Part shown: positions 23,349 to 34,200 of the stretch, in pieces | Layout: each line of letters begins with the position of its first letter | Numbering within the stretch: the stretch's first letter is position 1 | Source: Scyliorhinus canicula | Lineage: Eukaryota | NCBI RefSeq assembly: GCF_902713615.1 | Contig: NC_052160.1 | Span: 137,868,737-137,932,736, forward strand | Direction: 5' to 3' | Length of the DNA stretch: 64,000 nt | Program-made: the position numbers and the translations under genes | Notes under the pieces: model-generated | The model's input: only the letters and a program-made list of their open reading frames with translations | Database searches by the model: none | Told to the model about the DNA's origin: nothing

Positions 23349-23566
23349 TGGGTTCTGTGGAAACATCAGCCAGAGAACATCAATGGGGTCAGAGAGAGCT
23401 GCATTCGAAGACCGGCTAGAAGGTTGACTAATACCTACACGAATGTCCAGAATATTTTCACCTTGCTTTTATAAGTTACTTTACCGTTTTGCAGTATTTT
23501 TATTCTTTATGACAATCTGAAAATCTTTGTAAAGTCTTGAGAAACTATGTGAACTGCTTTCATTAT

Positions 23567-23572
23567 AATAAA
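23567..23572 (+). terminator. Putative polyadenylation signal of gene 1
   Basis: AATAAA followed by T/G-rich sequence; conserved at the same relative position in gene 2 (39498). Confidence 0.5.
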
Positions 23573-23749
23573 AACAACTGGATGATAACATTTCTTGATG
23601 TTTTTGATATTAAGGGGCAGTGGATGCCGGAACACGATCCAAATTTGAGGAGGAGATAGATAGGTTTTTAATTAGTGGTGGAATGAAGGGTTATGGCAAT
23701 GGGCAGGATGGTGGAGATGGGGCCTGGACGAGATCAGCCCAGGTTTTTA

Positions 23750-24090
23750 GGGGAGGTGATGGTATAGTGGTATTGTCACAAGACTAGTAATCCAGAGACC
23801 CAGAGGTCTGGGATCCTGGGTTCCCACCACGGCAAATGGTGAAATTTGAATTCATCTGGAATGAAAAGTATAATGATGACCATGAAGCCATTGCCGATTG
23901 TCATAAAAACCCATCTGGTTCACTAAGGTCCTTCGGGGAAGGGAATCTGCCGTCCTTACCTGGTCTGGCCTACATGTGACTCCGGACCCACACAACAATG
24001 CTTCGCCCCTCAGTTCAAGGGCAATTAGGGATGGGTAACAAATGATGGCCCAGCCCAGCGACGCCCACATCCAAAGAGCGAATAAGAAAA
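23750..24090 (+). mobile_element. Second tRNA-headed SINE family (possibly DeuSINE/SacSINE-like); paralogous copy ~39682-40020
   Basis: tRNA-like head, core gtccttacctggtctggcctacatgtgactcc, A-rich end; another copy on the minus strand at ~49336-49592. Confidence 0.55.
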
Positions 24091-24423
24091 AGTAGTGAAT
24101 GGTGGAGGGGTTGAATTGCCGACCCTTGCTCTTGGTTCCTATAGTCTTATGTTTGTGTCCTAATAAGTCAAATATGATTTCAGAAACTTTTATATGAACC
24201 CAGAATACATATTTAATGATATCAGTGCCTTCGTTGGGAATGACACACCTTGCTTGCAGAGGGGAAAAAATAGAATTTGGACTTTTTTTTAACATTGCTT
24301 TCCTTGTAAAGCAAGAGAAATGGGAGCTTACATTTGGTGCACTTATTCTATCATCCTCACATTAATTTTATATTGCAATTATCAGTAAACAGCCTTCCTT
24401 CTTTAAGCTTGGGGGAGTGATTC

Positions 24424-24764
24424 GGGATGGCACGGTCACACAGTGGTTAGCACTGCTGCCTCACACCTCCAGGGGCCCGGCTTCAATTCCGGCCTCGAGT
24501 GGCGGTCTGTGTGGAGTCTGCATGTCCTCCCCGTGTCTGCGTGGCTTTCCTCCGGGTGCTCCGGTTTCCTCCCACAGTCCAAAGATGTGCAGGTTAGGTG
24601 GATTGGCCGTGCTAAATTGCCCCTTAGAGTCCAAACGGTTAGGTGAGGTTACTGGGTTATGGGGATCGGGTGGAGGCGTGGCCTTAAGTAGGGTGCTGTT
24701 TCCAAGAACCGGTGCAGACTCAATGGGCCGAGTGGCCTCCTTCTGTACTGTAGGGATTCTGTGA
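24424..24764 (+). mobile_element. V-SINE/HE1-like SINE
   Basis: Head, V-domain and CR1-type tail ttctgtactgtagggattct. Confidence 0.85.
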
Positions 24765-25560
24765 TTCAACAACCTTGTTGAATCCTGTGAGAGGCCTCTC
24801 GTGAGATTTGCGACGCTTGTAATGCCTCACGAGAACCAACGGAATCTCACAAGACGTCGCGATCTGGATCTCGCTCTCGCTGCGCGTGACCCAGATCGGT
24901 ATATTTAAATGAACCATTCGGTGTTCGCTGGATTCTCCCAGCACTCGGGATGTAACGGCCGCTCCTTGGAGATCTTCGTCAGGATGCCATTTGGAGCTGG
25001 TTTCCACAAACGTGGATCAGGGATCACAGACTCAGGGTGGGGTGGGGGGCGGGGGGGCTTGCTCCCAGCCGTTAGAGACCCCTGGGTGGTCGGGCACAGG
25101 GCAAGGTGATACCGTGGGACTCCCGATGGCAGCCTGGCACCTTAGCCCTGCCACCCTGGCACCTTGGCAATGCCATCTTGCTGCTGCCTGGGTGCCAGGC
25201 TGGCAGTACCAGCGTGTCCAGGTAGCAGATTGACACTGATGGCGATCAGGCCCAGTGGAGCCTTTACAGGTGGAGGAGGGGTGACAGGGTGTTCCCAATG
25301 ACCTCCTCAAAGTTGGGGTCAGAGGGGTCAAAAACAGGGCGGGAGGACTGAAAGTGTGCAGGGGGGGGGCAGAAAGATCGGACCAGTATTTCAAAATGCG
25401 AGGTGCATTTCCTGCCGGTGAGTAGAAGCAGGAAATCGCTCAAAGTGCGGCCTCAGGGGGGAGTCACTCCCCTCGGCCAAAAGAACAGCAAAGTGCCGTT
25501 CAATATTGGGGTGTTTTTCAGCTCTGCAGCCACCCAGAAACACCCTGCTGAACGCGTGCC
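24765..25560. mobile_element. Probable non-autonomous DNA transposon (MITE-like); inverted copy ~30088-30965
   Basis: Imperfect terminal inverted repeats (gtgattcagc / gctgaacgcgtgcc) and internal short palindromes; no coding capacity. Confidence 0.4.
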
Positions 25561-25959
25561 AACCAGACATAAACATTGTCTGCTTGAATTGCCCTGAGGT
25601 TTCTCATCAACCCTCTTGGGATGAAGCTCAAATCTAGTTGGATTTGTAGCTTCGGATGAGCTGTGGGGTTAGTGAAGTGCCCAATTTAACTCTGCAATCC
25701 TCGGAAGAATTGGACTTCACAGGCTGTTGGGGGACAGGGATTACACTCTGCAAATTTATATCACTGCATGTGTGTCCTGATTGTACATGCTTCACCTGAA
25801 CCAATTGACTGTTGTTTCTACAACCCTTTGGTTAGATAGTTCTGTTTTTGGTACATTTAGAAACCTTGGCTTAAATATTCCACCCATTCCTGACGATGGG
25901 ATATTCCGGTCCTGCCAATGGTGACCACCCGTGGTGCAATCCCGAGTGGCAGGAGATGC

Positions 25960-26645
25960 CAGGAAGGCAAGACACCACATTGAAATTGGCCAGCACAATG
26001 TTGTAGGCGTCACAGAGATGTAGCTGCAAGGAGATCAAGGCTGGGATCTACATATACAAGGTTACGGTTGCATTGTGAGTATGGAATGAAGTTAAATCGA
26101 TGCCAGGGAGCGATATAGCCTCAGAAGGCGTAGAATCTCTGTGGGTAGAGTTGAGGAATCACAAAGGTAAAAAAGACCCTGATGGGAGTTATGTACAGGC
26201 CCCCAAGCAGTAGTCAGGGTGTGGGGCAGAATACAAATCAGGAGACAGAAAAGACATGTAAAAAAGGCAATATCACAATAATCTTGGGGGACTTCAATAT
26301 ACAGGTGGACTGGGAAAATCAGGTTGTGTAGTGGATCCCAAGAAAAGGAATTTGTGGAATGTCTAAGAGATGGTTATTTGAAGCAGCTTGTGACAAAGCC
26401 AACTAGGGAACAGACAATTCTGGATTTGGTGATGTGTAATGAGGCAAATTTGATGAGGGAACTTATGGTGAAGGAACCCTTAAAGAGCAGTGACCACAAT
26501 ATGATAGAATTTACCCTGCAGTTTGAGAGGGAGTAGCTGGAATCAGAGGTAACGGTATTACAATTAAATAAGGGTATCTACAAAGACATGAGGGAGGAGC
26601 TGGCCAGAGTTGATTGGAGAAGGAGCCTATCAGGGAAGACAGTCT
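25960..26645 (+). mobile_element. CR1 endonuclease fragment
   Basis: VESLWVEL...YRPP...GDFN...LEQLV.KPTRE..ILDLVMCN...SDHNMIEF with stops. Confidence 0.8.
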
Positions 26646-26832
26646 TCACTGTGGAAGACACCAGTGGGATTCCAGAGCTCAAATTGAATTGTTATTCATG
26701 ACCCAAGTAGGAGGCATTTGGATTAATTTCCTGCATAAAGCACCAAGAGGATAATTTATTATATTGATACACATTACAGCAAGAAGCAAAACAACCAGAA
26801 ATTGAAATTGAAAAGATATTTTCACATAGAAA

Positions 26833-27002
26833 CAGCAGGATGCTCCATCCCGCTGAACCGCATTTCTGCCCCATCACGCCGGCGGGATGTTCCATTACGC
26901 TGGCCAGTCAATCGGGTTTCCCATTGTGGGGCAGCCCACGCTGTCAGGAAACCCCCAGGCTACCAGCAAAACGGAGCATCTCACCGGCGGAGCATCCCGC
27001 CC
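26833..27002. mobile_element. PIF/Harbinger-like MITE, 170 bp, in the gene 2 promoter region
   Basis: TIR (c)agcaggatgctcc / ggagcatcccgccc; flanks aaa/aat; absent at the equivalent gene 3 site. Confidence 0.7.
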
Positions 27003-27049
27003 AATATCTTTACTTAATGTCGGAATTTGGCAATGGTCAGCCAACAAGA

Positions 27050-27236
27050 GATCATTTCCTCAAATTGCAACAAGTGGCATCGACACAAATAATGTTGTGA
27101 AGCAGTATGATTGGTCAGCTTCTCTTATCCTGTATGTGTTGGGCAGATATTGCTGGATCTAGGAGGAAGTAAATGATTCATCGCAGATCTTCTGACCGAT
27201 ACAGAGACACTGAAAACTGTGGAAACCATTGGGAGC
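27050..27236 (+). promoter_or_regulatory. Putative TATA-less proximal promoter/5' UTR of gene 2
   Basis: ATTTCCTC (reverse ETS, 27054), ATTGCAAC (C/EBP-like, 27064), reverse CCAAT (27108-27114), CTTATC (reverse GATA, 27124), GAGGAAGT (PU.1/ETS, 27163); block conserved upstream of the gene 3 leader; motif-level evidence only. Confidence 0.45.
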
Positions 27237-27276
27237 ATGATTATTACTGCGTTGCTGTTCCTCACTTTGATATCAA
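27237..27276 (+). CDS. Gene 2 exon: signal peptide (MIITALLFLTLIS)
   Basis: gagcATG in good Kozak context, hydrophobic 13-mer, TCA A|gtaag phase-1 donor; paralog at 47824. Confidence 0.85.
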
Positions 27277-28192
27277 GTAAGATTTTCCAATTCTATATTT
27301 GGAGTAACAGCTCATGTTTATGTCTGAGAAAAATGGCACGACGTTTCTATTTTTTAAATTCAGTTCGGGGATGTGGGTGCCGCTGGTTATGCCAGCATTT
27401 ATGGCCCATCCCTAGCTGCCCTTCAGAAAGTGGTGGTGAGCTGCCTTCTTGAACCGCTGCAGTCTGGGTGTAGGTACACCCACTGTCCTGTTCGGGAGGG
27501 AGTTCCAACGACAGTGAAGGAACAGCGATCTATTTCCTAGTCAGGATGGTGAGTGACTTGGAGGGGAACCTCCAGGTGGGAGGGTTCCCAGGTATCTGCT
27601 GCTCTTGTCCTTCTGGATGGTAGTGGTCGTGGATTTGGAAGGTGCGATCTAAGGAACCTTGGTGAGTTACTGAGGTGCATCTTGTAGATGGTACACATGG
27701 CTGCCACTGTTCGTGGTGGTCGAGGGTTTGAATGTTTGTGGAAGGGGGAGCAATCAAGCGGGGCTGCTTTGTCCTGGATGATGTTGAGCTTATTGAGTGT
27801 TGTTGGAGCTGCGCTCACCCCAGACAAGTGGTGAATAAGCCATGGGGACGTCACGGGGTCCAGAGTCGATGTTGAGGACTCCCAGGGCAACTCCCTCCCG
27901 ACTGCATACCACTGTACCACCACCTCTGCTGGGTCTGTCCTGCCGAATAGACAGGACATTCCCAGAAATGGTAATTGTGCAGTCTGTGACATGGGCTGTA
28001 AGATATGATTCTGTGAGTATGACTATATTAGGCTGTTGTTTAGCTAGGCTGTGAAATAGCTCTCCCAACATTAGCACAAGCCCCCAGATGTTAGTAAGGA
28101 GGAACTTGCAGGGTCGGCAGAGCTGGGTTTGCTGTTGTTGTTTCCGGAGCCTGGTTCGGTGTCGGGCAGCTGTCGGGCAGGCCGCCCATTTT

Positions 28193-28224
<32 letters not shown>

Positions 28225-31200
28225 GCAGTANNNNNNNNNNNNNNNNNNNNNNNNNNNNNNNNNNNNNNNNNNNNNNNNNNNNNNNNNNNNNNNNNNNNNN
28301 NNNNNNNNNNNNNNNNNNNNNNNNNNNNNNNNNNNNNNNNNNNNNNNNNNNNNNNNNNNNTTTAGCAGTATATATATATATTTAGCAGTATATATATACA
28401 TATTTAGCAGTATATATATATATTTAGCAGTATATATATATATATTTTAAGGGCCTAACGGGTGTTTAATCTTTTTTTTCCTTTTAAAACTCTTTGGGAA
28501 TTCAAATCAGAGGGGATGGAAGCTAGGGCAGTTACCAGCGCCTCCTGTAGGATGTGGATGGTGATTACACCAGCCGGATGTACACCCAACTCCAGCTCCT
28601 CAGAGACCGCGTTAGGGAACTGGAGCTAGAGCTGGATGAACTTTGGATCATCCGGGAGGCAGAGGGGGTGATAGAGAAGAGTTACAGGGAGGTAGCCACA
28701 CCCAAGGTGCAGGACAAGAGTAGCTGGGTTACAGTCAGGGGAAGGAAAAGGAACAGGCAGACAGTGCAGGGATCCTTCGTGGCCGTTCCCCTTCAAAACA
28801 AGTGTACCGTTTTGGATGCTGTTGGGGACCTACCGGGGGGAGGCCCTAGCAGCCAGGTCTCCGGCACTGAGCCTGGGTCTGTGGCCTAGAAGGGAAGGGG
28901 AAGAATACAAAAGCAATAATGATAGGAGCCTCAATGGTTAGGGAAACGGGTAGGAGATTCTGTGGTCGCGAACGAGACTCCCGGAAGGTATGCTGCCTCC
29001 CGGGTGCCAGGGTCAGGGATGTCTCGGATTGAGTCTGCAGGATTCTGAAGGGGGAGGGGGAGCAACCAGAAGTCGTAGTACACATATGCACCAACAACAC
29101 AGCTAAGACTGGGATGAGGATCTAAAAAGGGAGTTAGGTTGGAAGCTAAAGAGCAGGACAAGCAGAGTACTGATCTCAGGATTGCTACCGGTGCCACGTG
29201 CAAGTGAGGCAAGGAACAGAGAACGAGTGCAGCTGAACACATGGCTACAGGGCTGGTGCAGGAGGGAAGGCTTCAGATATGTGGATCATTGGGATATCTT
29301 CTGGGGAAGGTGGGACCAGTACATGAAGGACGGATTGCACCTAAACTGGAGGGGGCACCAATATCCTGGGTGGGAGGTTTGCTCGAGCTCTTCGGGAGGA
29401 ACAGAACTATCTGACCAAAGGATTGTAGAAACAGCAGTCAATTGGTTAAGATGAGGCAGCTACAATCAGGACACACATGCAGTAACATAAATTTGCAGAG
29501 TGTAAGTCCTGTCGCCCAACAGACTGGGAAGTCCAATTCTGTCCAGGATTGCAGAGTTAAACTTCCTTTTTCATTTTTTTCCAATTAAGGGGCAATTTAG
29601 CGAGGCCAATCCACCTAGCCTGCACATCTTTGAGTTGTGGGGATGAAAACCACGCAAACACGTGGGGGGGGGGGGGGGGGGGGGCGAGGGGGGCGGGGCC
29701 GAGGGGGCGGACGGGACCGAGGGAGGGGGGGGCCGAGGCGGGGGGGGGGGGGCGGACGGAGGGGCGGCCGGAGGGGGGGGGGCCGGGCGGCCGGAGGGGG
29801 GGGGGGCAGGCGGCGGGAGGGGGAGGAGGGCCGGGCGGCCTGGGGGGGGGGGCCGGGCGGCCGGGGGGGGGCCGCTTTGGGGAGGGCGGCCACCGCACAT
29901 GCGCTGGTTGGCACCGGCCCAACTGCGCATGCGCGGGACCCGAGTCTCTGGCGCCCCCGAGCACATGGCGCCCCGGGCGACTGCCCGAGTTGCCGGTACC
30001 TTGGGCCGGCCCTGATTTGAGCTTCATCCCAAGATGGTTGATGAGAAACCTCAGGGCAATTCAAGCAGACAATGTTTATGTCTGGTTGGCACGCGTTTAG
30101 CAGGGTGTTTCTGGGTGGCTGCAGAGCTGAAAAACACCCCAATATTGAACGGCATTTTGCTGTTCTTTTGGCCGAGGGGAGTGACTCCCCCCTGAGGCCG
30201 CACTTTGAGCGATTTCCTGCTTCTACTCACCGGCAGGAAATGCACCTCGCATTTTGAAATACTGGTCCGATCTTTCTGCCCCCCCACCCCCTGCACACTT
30301 TCAGCCCTCCCCCCCCTCCCCCCCTCCTTTTCACCCTTATGACCCCAACCTTGGGGAGGTCATTGGGAACACCCTGTCACCCCTCCTCCACCTGGTAAGA
30401 CTCCACTGGGCCTGATCGCCATCAGTGTCAATCTGCTACCTGGACACACTGGTACTGCCAGCCTGGCACCCAGGCAGCGGCAAGATGGCATTGCCAAGGT
30501 GCCAGGGTGGGAGGGTCAAGGTGACAGGCTGGCATAGGGAGTTCCAGGGTATCACCTTGCCCTGCCCCCAACCACCCGGGGTCTCTAATGGCAGGGTATC
30601 TCCCTGCCCTGCCCCCAACCACCCAGGGGTCTCTAATGGCTGGGAGCAGCCACCCCCCCCCCGCCCCCCGCCCCCACCACCCCACCACCCCGGGTCTGTT
30701 TTGCCTGATCCACGCTTGTGGAAACCAGCTCTAAATGGCGTCCTGACGAAGATCTCCCAGGAGTGACCGTTACATCCCAAGTGCTGGGAGACTCCGGCGA
30801 TTGCCTAATGGCTCATTTAAATATACCGATCTGGGTCAAGCGCAGCGAGAGCGAGATCCAGATCGCGACGTCTCGTGAGATTCCGTTGTTTCCAGCGTCG
30901 CAAATCTCACGAGGGGCCTCTCGCAGGATTCAACGGCCTTTTTGGGCCCAACAAGGCCGCTGAATCACAGAAGCCCGACAGTGCAGAGGGAGGCCATTCG
31001 GCCCATTGACTCTGCACCGGTTCTTGGAAACAGCACCCTACTTAAGGCCACGCCTCCACCTTATCCCCACAACCCAGTATCTCACCTAACCTTTTGGACA
31101 CTAAGGGGCAATTTAGCACGGCCAATCCACCTAATCTGCACATCTTTGGACTGTGGGAGGGAACCGGAGCACCCGGAGGAAACCCACGCACACACGGGGA

Positions 31201-34200
31201 GAATGTGGCAAACTCCACAGAGACAGTCACCCGAGGCCGGAATTGAACCCGAGCCCCTGGAGATGTGAGGCAGCAGTGCTAACCACTGTGCGGCTGTGCC
31301 ATCCCGAATCACTCCTCCAAGCTTAAAGAAGCTGATAATTGCAATATAAAGTTAATGTGAGGATGATTTTTGAATTTTAAATCGGAGTAATAAATACAAA
31401 GTGAGGAGTTATGTTAACCCTTCACTACTCACTGGTTAGGTACTGTGTTCAACTCTGGGCAACACACTTGAGGGAGGAGGTCAAGCCCCTGGCGAGGGCA
31501 CAGGGCAGATTTACCAGGATGATACCAGGGATGTGGCAGTTTGGATTTGTGGGCAGATTGGAGACATTGGGATTATTCTCCTTAGAGCAGAAAAGATTAA
31601 AGGGAAAAAAGTATTGAAATTGAGGAAGGGTCTCATGCAGCAGGTGGAGAGTAATTATTTCCTCTGGCTGGTGGATTGGTAACAAGAGATCATAGAGTTA
31701 AAATAGTTGGGAGAAAAAACAGTGGGTAAATGAGGCGACGTTATTTCACACATTAGGCTGTTATCATCTGGAAAACACCAACTGGAATAATCATGGAATG
31801 TGATTCCAGAGGAACTTTCCAAAGGCTGATGGACATACATTTGAAGGGGACCAATGTGCAGGGTTTCGGGGGGGAGCTGGGGTGTGGGATTAAATTGGAC
31901 AATAAATGTTCTAAGAGCTGGCACAGACATGACGGGCCGAATGGCCTCCTTCTCTCCTTTAAGGTTCTTGACACCAGTCCCACTCAGGATTTGTGTGTGT
32001 CCCCTTGTGAAAGGATTGTCTAAAATTGATTGTTGGGATATTTCCAGCTTTCTTAAAACATGTTTCACCCAACAGCTTCACAGACACAGACGGCGCCGAT
32101 AGTGATGAGAGCTGCAGTGGGAGAAACCATCACAGTGGGATGTCTACAGGGAGAAAGGTACAAAGGAAACTCTGCAATCTGGTGGTGCAGGACAACTTCG
32201 GGAACTCGGTGCAATCATATATCGAGCATTGATGGGCAGAAAGTCAGAAATGATTATCGAGGAACATCGATTGCTGATACAAATGGCAAGATATCAGTAA
32301 CCATACGACACCTTCAAGAGATAGAAACAGGAGCATACTGCTGTGGACTAGAAGATAACGGCTCATTCAATATTTCAGATGTTATATTGCTGAAGGTTTT
32401 CACAGGTAAGAATGTTTCAGAAGATTGATTCTAGCGTTGATAATGTGGTTGGGCTGCAGTAACACTGCTGCTGTGTGAGCTCAGGCTATGAAAGGATTAT
32501 CACAGTTCCTTATGTGCAAGTAAAGACCTCCCATCCTCCCATTTCTATCCATTTCCATTAACCTCTCTAAACATAGGATAAAAGCAAATTACTGCGGATT
32601 CTGGAATCTGAAACGTAAGAGAAAATGCTGGAAAATCTCAGCAGGTCTGGCAGCATCTGTAGGGAGAGAAAAGAGCGAACGTTTCGAGTCCGATGACTCT
32701 TTGTCAAAGCTAAAAGACAGAGAAAGTGGGAAATATGTATACTGTGGAGTGAGAATGAAAGATGAGCCACAGCTACAGAAACCGAGGGAAACTGGGTGCT
32801 AATAGCCACAGAAAGCAAGGGGAAAGATGGCAGTCCCCAGAGAGAACAAAAGGTGTGAAAGGCCAAACAGCAGAAAAACTAACATCAGAGGCTAAACTGT
32901 GACAGATGGAGATGTGGGGGGGGGGGGGGGGGGGGGGGCGGGAAGGGGGAAGCAAAGGGGAGAAGGGGTAAGGAAAGGTGGATAAGATGGAGCGGGGAGT
33001 TAAATATATATTAGGAAAGACAAGAAAGAAAGAAATGGTAAGAGATAGTTGAAATGAAATGGTATGAAAAGCATAATCCTCCGCCATTTTTGCCATCTCT
33101 AGCGTGATGCCACCACCAAGCATGTCTTCCCTTCACTCCCTCTGTCAGCATTCCGCAGAGACCGTTTGCTCCGAGATAATCTGGCCCACTCCTCCACCCA
33201 AAACCTCTCCCATCACCCATGGCACCTTCCCATGCAATCGCAGGAGGTGTAACACCTGCCCCTTTACCTCTTCCATGCTTAACATCCCAGGCCCAAAACA
33301 CTCATTCCAGGTTAAGCAGCGTTTCACTTGCATCTCTTCCAATTTGGTCTACTGCATTCGCTGCCCCAATGTGGTCTCCTCTATATCGGAGAGACTAAAC
33401 GCAGACTGGGTGATCGCTTTGCGGAGTATCTTCGGTCTGTGCGTATTCAGGACCCTGACCTTCCCGTTGCGGCCATTTTAACACAAGACCCTGCTCCCAT
33501 GCCCACATGTCTGTCCTTGGCCTGCTGCAATGTTCCAGTGAAGCTCAACGCAAACTGGAGGAACAACATCTCATCTTCCGGTTAGGCACGCTACAGCCTT
33601 CTGGTCTCAACATCGAATTCAACAACTTCAGATGATTAGCTCTACCCCACCTCGACCCATTTTGTTTTCATCCCATTTCATTTCACCTGTCTCGTAACAT
33701 TTCTGTCTCACGCCATTTCTTGTTAGGTGAATTGGAAAATTCCGAATTCTCCCTCTGTGTACCCGAACAGGCACCAGAATGTGGTGACTAGGGAATTTTC
33801 ACAGTAACTTGATTGCAGTGTTAATGTAAGCCGACTTGTGACAATAAGGATTAATTTATTAATAAATTAATCAATATTAAAGATGCGTGCCAGTGGTGTG
33901 GGAACCTTGTCAGCAATGGGGTGGGGGTGAGGGGCCTTGCCAGTGGCCCTGGGTGGGGGGAGGTGGGGGTCTTGCCAGCGATTCGTGAGGGAGCTGCATC
34001 AATATTGTGAAATGGGGGGGGGGGGGCCGAATACCTGTCAGAGAGATTAGGCCCCACCCCTCTCAAGCCCAAAGTATGGGTGGCACGTTGGCACAGTGGT
34101 GGCTCAGCTCCAGGGATCTGGGTCCATTTCCGGCCTCAGGAGACAGACTGTGCGGAGTTTGCACGTTGTCCCCGATGGGCTGAATGGCTTCCTCCTGCAC

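Larger units (their letters stand above)
24350..25846. repeat. Inverted segmental duplication, left arm (right arm 29400-31367)
   Basis: Unique DNA + SINE + MITE-like block recurs as a reverse complement; ends atcatcctcac/gtgaggatgat and agttctgtt/aacagaact. Confidence 0.9.

Noticed and set aside
29557-30142. Pro/Gly-rich ORFs on both strands
   Set aside because: Poly-G low-complexity insert, prone to sequencing error; no coding signal
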